Source: an uncultured Candidatus Saccharibacteria bacterium (lineage in GTDB: Bacteria; Patescibacteriota; Minisyncoccia; Minisyncoccales; PEYH01). From it: a stretch of DNA of 47,958 bases. The stretch is taken from positions 1 to 47,958 of the forward strand of contig CAZTRD010000007.1 of the NCBI GenBank assembly GCA_964616145.1, in the 5' to 3' direction. Made by a program: the position numbers and the translations under genes. The notes under the pieces are model-generated. The model worked only from the letters and a program-made list of their open reading frames with translations, was not told the origin of the DNA and did no database searches. Of the stretch, positions 43,952 to 47,958 are shown in pieces; positions within the stretch are counted from its first letter, which is position 1, and every line of letters begins with the position of its first letter.

Positions 43952-43994
43952 AAACTGAATCAATGGAAAGAATTAGATTATTAATTCACGTCTA

Positions 43995-44050
43995 TTGACA
44001 GGAATATTGTGAAAATATACAATAAATATTGTATAGAATTACAATAAAAC
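43995..44050 (+). promoter_or_regulatory. Promoter with an ATTGT/ACAAT half-site array
   Basis: TTGACA (43995-44000), 17-nt spacer, TACAAT (44018-23). Overlapping inverted repeats: ATTGTgaaaatatACAAT, ACAATAaaTATTGT, ATTGTAtagaatTACAAT. Confidence 0.6.
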
Positions 44051-44051
44051 T

Positions 44052-44597
44052 ATGCTAAGATTAAAATCAAAAATAACCGTTAAAACATTAGATTATTTTT
44101 TTATCAATCGTGATAAAAAACATAATATTAATCAATTAGCAACCATCTTGAAGGTTGATCCAGGTAATTTATTTCGTAAATTAAGAGAATTAGAAAAAGA
44201 GGGATTATTGTCATCCGAGAGAGAGGGTAACCAGCGTCAATTCGGATTGAATAAAAAATATCCACTTCTAAAGGAGGTGGAGAAATTATATTATTCCCAA
44301 TACGGATTCGCGTTTTTATTAAGAAAAGCTATGGCCGATTTTAAGAATCTTGAAGAAGCATATATTTTTGGTTCTTTCGCTAAGAACAAATTAGAGCCAG
44401 AGAGCGATATAGATTTGTTGCTAGTTGGTCATCACTCTCCTATAGATGCGAAACGCATTATCCTACCGTTGCAGAATAGAATTAAAAGAGAGATTAATAT
44501 AGTAGATTTGACCCCAGAAGAACTGAAAGAGAAGAAAAAAAACAAGGATGAGTTTATCGCAAACATATTTTCTGGAGAACTTGTCAAAATTTACTAA
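44052..44597 (+). CDS. wHTH + minimal nucleotidyltransferase (MNT) protein
   Basis: N-terminal winged-helix-like region (LFRKLRELEKEGLL). GSFAKN...ESDIDLLLVG nucleotidyltransferase motif. Confidence 0.7.
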   Translation: MLRLKSKITVKTLDYFFINRDKKHNINQLATILKVDPGNLFRKLRELEKEGLLSSEREGNQRQFGLNKKYPLLKEVEKLYYSQYGFAFLLRKAMADFKNLEEAYIFGSFAKNKLEPESDIDLLLVGHHSPIDAKRIILPLQNRIKREINIVDLTPEELKEKKKNKDEFIANIFSGELVKIY

Positions 44598-44602
44598 TTG
44601 CT

Positions 44603-45007
44603 ATGTTTGAGAAATTTCATTTTACCCAAAATCAAGTAGAAAGACACTATAGGTCCGGATTGAAGGATTTTAACATAGCAAGCAAATCAGAAATAGCAGA
44701 AGTAAGTTTTCGCTTCTGCTATGATGCCATTATTAAATTAGCGATAACGATTTGCGCTCATGACGGTTTGAGAGTAAAAGCTCGAACCGGACATCATATA
44801 GAATTAATTCAAAAGCTAGCAGATTATTTGGGCGAGAAGGAAATCATTTTAATAGTCAACGATATGCGAACTAAAAGAAACAGAGATTTATATGGAGATG
44901 GGTTTCCAATTAGCGAGCGCGAGATTGAAGATTATATCAAATGGACAAGAAAAATATTTGATTTAGCGGAACCATATCTTAAAAGAAATAAAAGATTAAA
45001 ACTATAA
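44603..45007 (+). CDS. HEPN-like helical protein (partner of MNT)
   Basis: 134 aa, starts 5 nt after the MNT gene. All-helical by eye. No clean Rx4-6H motif seen, so the call is mainly contextual. Confidence 0.45.
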   Translation: MFEKFHFTQNQVERHYRSGLKDFNIASKSEIAEVSFRFCYDAIIKLAITICAHDGLRVKARTGHHIELIQKLADYLGEKEIILIVNDMRTKRNRDLYGDGFPISEREIEDYIKWTRKIFDLAEPYLKRNKRLKL

Positions 45008-45029
45008 ATCCGCTGCAAGCGGATTTTTT
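45006..45029 (+). terminator. Rho-independent terminator
   Basis: AAATCCGC-tgcaa-GCGGATTT followed by TTT. Confidence 0.75.
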
Positions 45030-45039
45030 GTATACATAT

Positions 45040-45113
45040 TGGTCGGGGTGCTGGGAATTGAACCCAGATCGCACGCACCCCATGCGCGTATACTGCCGTT
45101 GTACTACACCCCG
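45040..45113 (-). tRNA. tRNA-Pro (GGG) with encoded CCA
   Basis: Reverse complement folds as acceptor CGGGGTG/CACCCCG, anticodon stem CGCGC/GCGTG with loop ATGGGGT, T arm CTGGG-TTCAATT-CCCAG, and 3' ACCA. Confidence 0.9.
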
Positions 45114-45117
45114 AGAA

Positions 45118-45315
45118 TTAAGATTTCTTTTTAGCTTGGGATGCTTTTTTAATGCATTTGGTGCAAGCTTTTACTCTTTTTCCATTGGCTAAAGTATGCC
45201 ATTGAAGATTTGGTTTTTTAATATGTTTAGGATTTGGATTGTAGCGGGACATCAGCTTGTTGTACTTTACAACCGTTGTATGTTTTTTTCCGCATATTGC
45301 ACAGATTATTGCCAT
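45118..45315 (-). CDS. rpmB: 50S ribosomal protein L28
   Basis: MAIICAICGKK...PNLQW pattern, 65 aa, very basic. Start moved to Met-13 of the track ORF. Confidence 0.7.
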   Translation of the reverse strand: MAIICAICGKKHTTVVKYNKLMSRYNPNPKHIKKPNLQWHTLANGKRVKACTKCIKKASQAKKKS

Positions 45316-45404
45316 ATTTTTATTTCTATAATTCAAGAATAGAATAAGCATAGATTATTTCTTAAAATTTGGCAAGTACTGATATTTAAAGTATTATTAT
45401 TGAT

Positions 45405-46040
45405 ATGGTACTAATAGAAATATTGATAATCGCCATCATTTTAATCTTTTCCATAATCTTCCACGAGATAGCCCATGGAATGGTTGCCTATGCTTTGGGG
45501 GATTCTACTGCCAAAGATAATGGAAGATTGTCTTTAAATCCGGTAAGACATATTGATCCTTTCGGATCTATCTTACTTCCGGGGATACTTTTATTTACCA
45601 ATTTTCTATCGGGAGTTAATGGTTTTGTAATTGGCTGGGCAAAGCCAGTTCCAATTAACCCTTTGAATTTCAGGGATAAAAAATACGGGAATGCAAAAGT
45701 TGCCCTATCCGGACCAGCGGCTAATCTTTTGATTGCCTTAATATTCGGTATTGCTTTAAGAATATTCTTGTTTAATTTTCAAACCATTCCAAAAGGCACG
45801 GCAATGGTTTTTGCCTACATTGTCCAGATCAATATTGCCTTGGCAATATTTAATTTGATACCATTGCCTCCGTTAGACGGTTCTCATATTCTATTTACCT
45901 TTTTGCCCAAAGTAAGCGATCAATTAAAAATATTCTTAATCAGATATGGAATGCTGATTTTACTAGTTATTATTATCTTTTTTGGAGATTACATTTCTAG
46001 ATTAAGCGGTTATGTGTTCAAATTAATCGTAGGAATTTAG
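45405..46040 (+). CDS. Site-2 protease family (M50) membrane metalloprotease
   Basis: HEIAHG (HExxH) inside TM1, LNPVRHIDPFG, and NLIPLPPLDGSH. Confidence 0.8.
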   Translation: MVLIEILIIAIILIFSIIFHEIAHGMVAYALGDSTAKDNGRLSLNPVRHIDPFGSILLPGILLFTNFLSGVNGFVIGWAKPVPINPLNFRDKKYGNAKVALSGPAANLLIALIFGIALRIFLFNFQTIPKGTAMVFAYIVQINIALAIFNLIPLPPLDGSHILFTFLPKVSDQLKIFLIRYGMLILLVIIIFFGDYISRLSGYVFKLIVGI

Positions 46041-46041
46041 T

Positions 46042-47874
46042 ATGAAACGAAAAACAAATTGGCTTTTTCTTGGAATAATCATTGTCATATTGATACTGAT
46101 TGCCAGCTACTATTTTTACTGTCAGGAATCAGCAACAAAAATATATCAATCTATCAATATTCAAGGAGGGGGAGAGATAAGGATAAATGATAAGGATATT
46201 AAGGATAAGATTGGGCAGATGATAATGATAGGATTCAGGGGAACAATAGCTGTAGAAGAATCTGAGATTGTTAAGATAATAAAGGAAGTAAAAATCGGAG
46301 GAGTTTCTTTATCTGACTGGGATATTCCATCAGATAGTTTTCCAAGAAATATTATCGATCCCCAACAAACAGAAAAACTGATTTCTGATCTTCAGAAATT
46401 CTCTGACATCCCTCTGTTTGTAGCAGTAGATGTAGAAGGGGGAAATGTTAATCGCTTAAAACCAAAATACGGATTTAAATCAATTCTTTCTGCAGAAAAG
46501 ATGGCTAAGAATAACAAAACAGATGCAGAATCTAAAAAGATTGCGGAGGAATTAAATAATCTGGGCTTTAATATGAATTTTGCTCCAGTGGTTGATTTGA
46601 ATATTAATCCTTCAAATCCTATCATCGGAGCAATAGAAAGATCTTTTTCTTTAGATTCAGAAGAAGTTATTAATAATGCCAGAGTATTTATTACTAATCT
46701 TAAAGAGAAAAATATAATTTCTGTTGTAAAACATTTTCCTGGGCATGGAAGCTCTGCTGGAGATACTCATTTGGGAGTCACTGATGTAACAGATACATAT
46801 AAAGAGGAAGAATTAATTCCTTACCAGAAATTAAATGAAGAAGGATTGATTTCTGCTGTTATGACAGCTCATATCATCAACAAAAATGTTGATGAAGATA
46901 ATCCGGCAACTCTTTCTGAGAAATTCTTGCAGGATATTTTAAGAAATCAGATTGGTTTTAAAGGAGTGATAATCTCTGATGATATGCAAATGGGAGCGAT
47001 AAGTGGTTATTCCTTGGAAGATGCAGTTGTATCAGCAATCAATGCCGGCTGTGATATTATATATGCTTTTAATAATATTGCTGATGGGTATGATAAAGAT
47101 ATTGCCTATGAGATAAGAGATATTATTTTTAATGCCATGAAAGATGGAAGAATCAAAGAAAGCAGAATAATAGAAGCATATAATAGAATTATTAATCTTA
47201 AGAAACAATTTAAAATAATTTTAACTAATGAGGAAATCAATCAGATAAAAAATGAGAGATTTGAATTAATTGGAATGCCCGATGCTATTAATTTTGAAGA
47301 TGCCTTGGATATTGCAAATTATGTATCTAGCGTTGTTCCGATAAGACCAGCATTTTTGATGGCAGTTACCCAGGAAGAATTGAGCCTAGTCAATGAATAT
47401 GAATTATGCTACATTACTGATTTAAAAACAGGAGAAGGAAAAACAATTACTAACGGAAAGAAAATGGTAAGAACAATGCATCCTACAAGAGACATGAAAC
47501 CATTTTTAGAAATTACAAAAGAATTAGGAATAGATCCTTTTAAAACTCCTGTTACTTGCCCAATGAGTTTTGGTTGGGGAGGGGCGATGGGCCCCGCTGA
47601 TTTCATCCCATCAACTTGGATGAGATATCAAGATAAGATCGAAGAGATAACCAAAAAACCTGCTGACCCCTGGAATATTACAGATGCATTTTTAGCTGCC
47701 GGACTATACCTATCAGAATCAGGAGCTAATTTAAAAACAGAAGATGGAGAATGGAGGGCAGCAATGATATATTTTTCTGGAACTCCAGATTCTATTTACA
47801 CTTGGTATGCAGATAATGCGCTAAAGATTGCAGAGGGGATAGAAGAGAAAACCGGTGCTTTACAGAATAAATAG
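46042..47874 (+). CDS. GH3 beta-N-acetylhexosaminidase (NagZ-like) fused to a lytic transglycosylase (MltB/SLT_2-like) domain
   Basis: N-terminal anchor. KHFPGHG and ISDDMQMGA of GH3. The C-terminal segment WGGAMGPADFIPSTW...DPWNITDAFLAAGLYL resembles MltB-type transglycosylases. Confidence 0.75.
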   Translation: MKRKTNWLFLGIIIVILILIASYYFYCQESATKIYQSINIQGGGEIRINDKDIKDKIGQMIMIGFRGTIAVEESEIVKIIKEVKIGGVSLSDWDIPSDSFPRNIIDPQQTEKLISDLQKFSDIPLFVAVDVEGGNVNRLKPKYGFKSILSAEKMAKNNKTDAESKKIAEELNNLGFNMNFAPVVDLNINPSNPIIGAIERSFSLDSEEVINNARVFITNLKEKNIISVVKHFPGHGSSAGDTHLGVTDVTDTYKEEELIPYQKLNEEGLISAVMTAHIINKNVDEDNPATLSEKFLQDILRNQIGFKGVIISDDMQMGAISGYSLEDAVVSAINAGCDIIYAFNNIADGYDKDIAYEIRDIIFNAMKDGRIKESRIIEAYNRIINLKKQFKIILTNEEINQIKNERFELIGMPDAINFEDALDIANYVSSVVPIRPAFLMAVTQEELSLVNEYELCYITDLKTGEGKTITNGKKMVRTMHPTRDMKPFLEITKELGIDPFKTPVTCPMSFGWGGAMGPADFIPSTWMRYQDKIEEITKKPADPWNITDAFLAAGLYLSESGANLKTEDGEWRAAMIYFSGTPDSIYTWYADNALKIAEGIEEKTGALQNK

Positions 47875-47958
47875 ATTATTCTAAAGTATCTATATCTTCA
47901 ACAAGGCAAGTTCACCCCCGAAGTGCAACTGATGAGCAATTAAAATTATCTACATTAA

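Overview
AT-rich (about one third G+C by eye), gene-dense bacterial fragment using the standard code: TGA, TAA and TAG all terminate conserved genes, and ATGA start/stop overlaps are common. The gene content looks like a Candidate Phyla Radiation / Patescibacteria-type genome. It includes a form III-like RuBisCO flanked by ribose-1,5-bisphosphate isomerase and AMP phosphorylase, a two-subunit 2-oxoacid:ferredoxin oxidoreductase, an RRM RNA-binding protein, NifS/IscU, ThiI/MnmA and a split uvrBC / uvrA locus. It also carries many small Cys-rich secreted proteins and several toxin-antitoxin-like pairs (HicA-like, AbiEii-like, MNT/HEPN-like, Fic). Two tRNAs are present: tRNA-Arg on the + strand and tRNA-Pro on the - strand. 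There are no rRNA genes, CRISPR arrays, transposases or integrases. Four things deserve follow-up. (1) The translationally coupled e2b2-rbcL-deoA nucleotide-salvage operon at 12.5-16.2 kb. (2) Directly downstream of it (after a ybaB-like gene), a tandem array of four micro-ORFs; three start with MCGD, the last three share a 24-nt TATAAT-containing leader repeat, and MCGDS is preserved across synonymous changes. (3) Six discrete G+C-rich blocks (about 50-60% G+C by eye) sit in intergenic slots between intact AT-rich housekeeping genes. Most have near-consensus sigma70-type promoters and GC hairpin terminators, and none has a mobility gene. They encode lipoproteins, a beta-rich secreted protein, a 39-aa Arg-rich/hydrophobic peptide, a Cys-containing 108-aa protein behind a ~290-nt structured leader, a 136-nt rod-like RNA with its own promoter, and a ~600-nt ORF-poor hairpin-rich block. 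(4) An in-frame TAG splits a DUF2207-type membrane protein from its conserved poly-Gly C-terminus. All functional calls come from motif recognition by eye; no database search was run.
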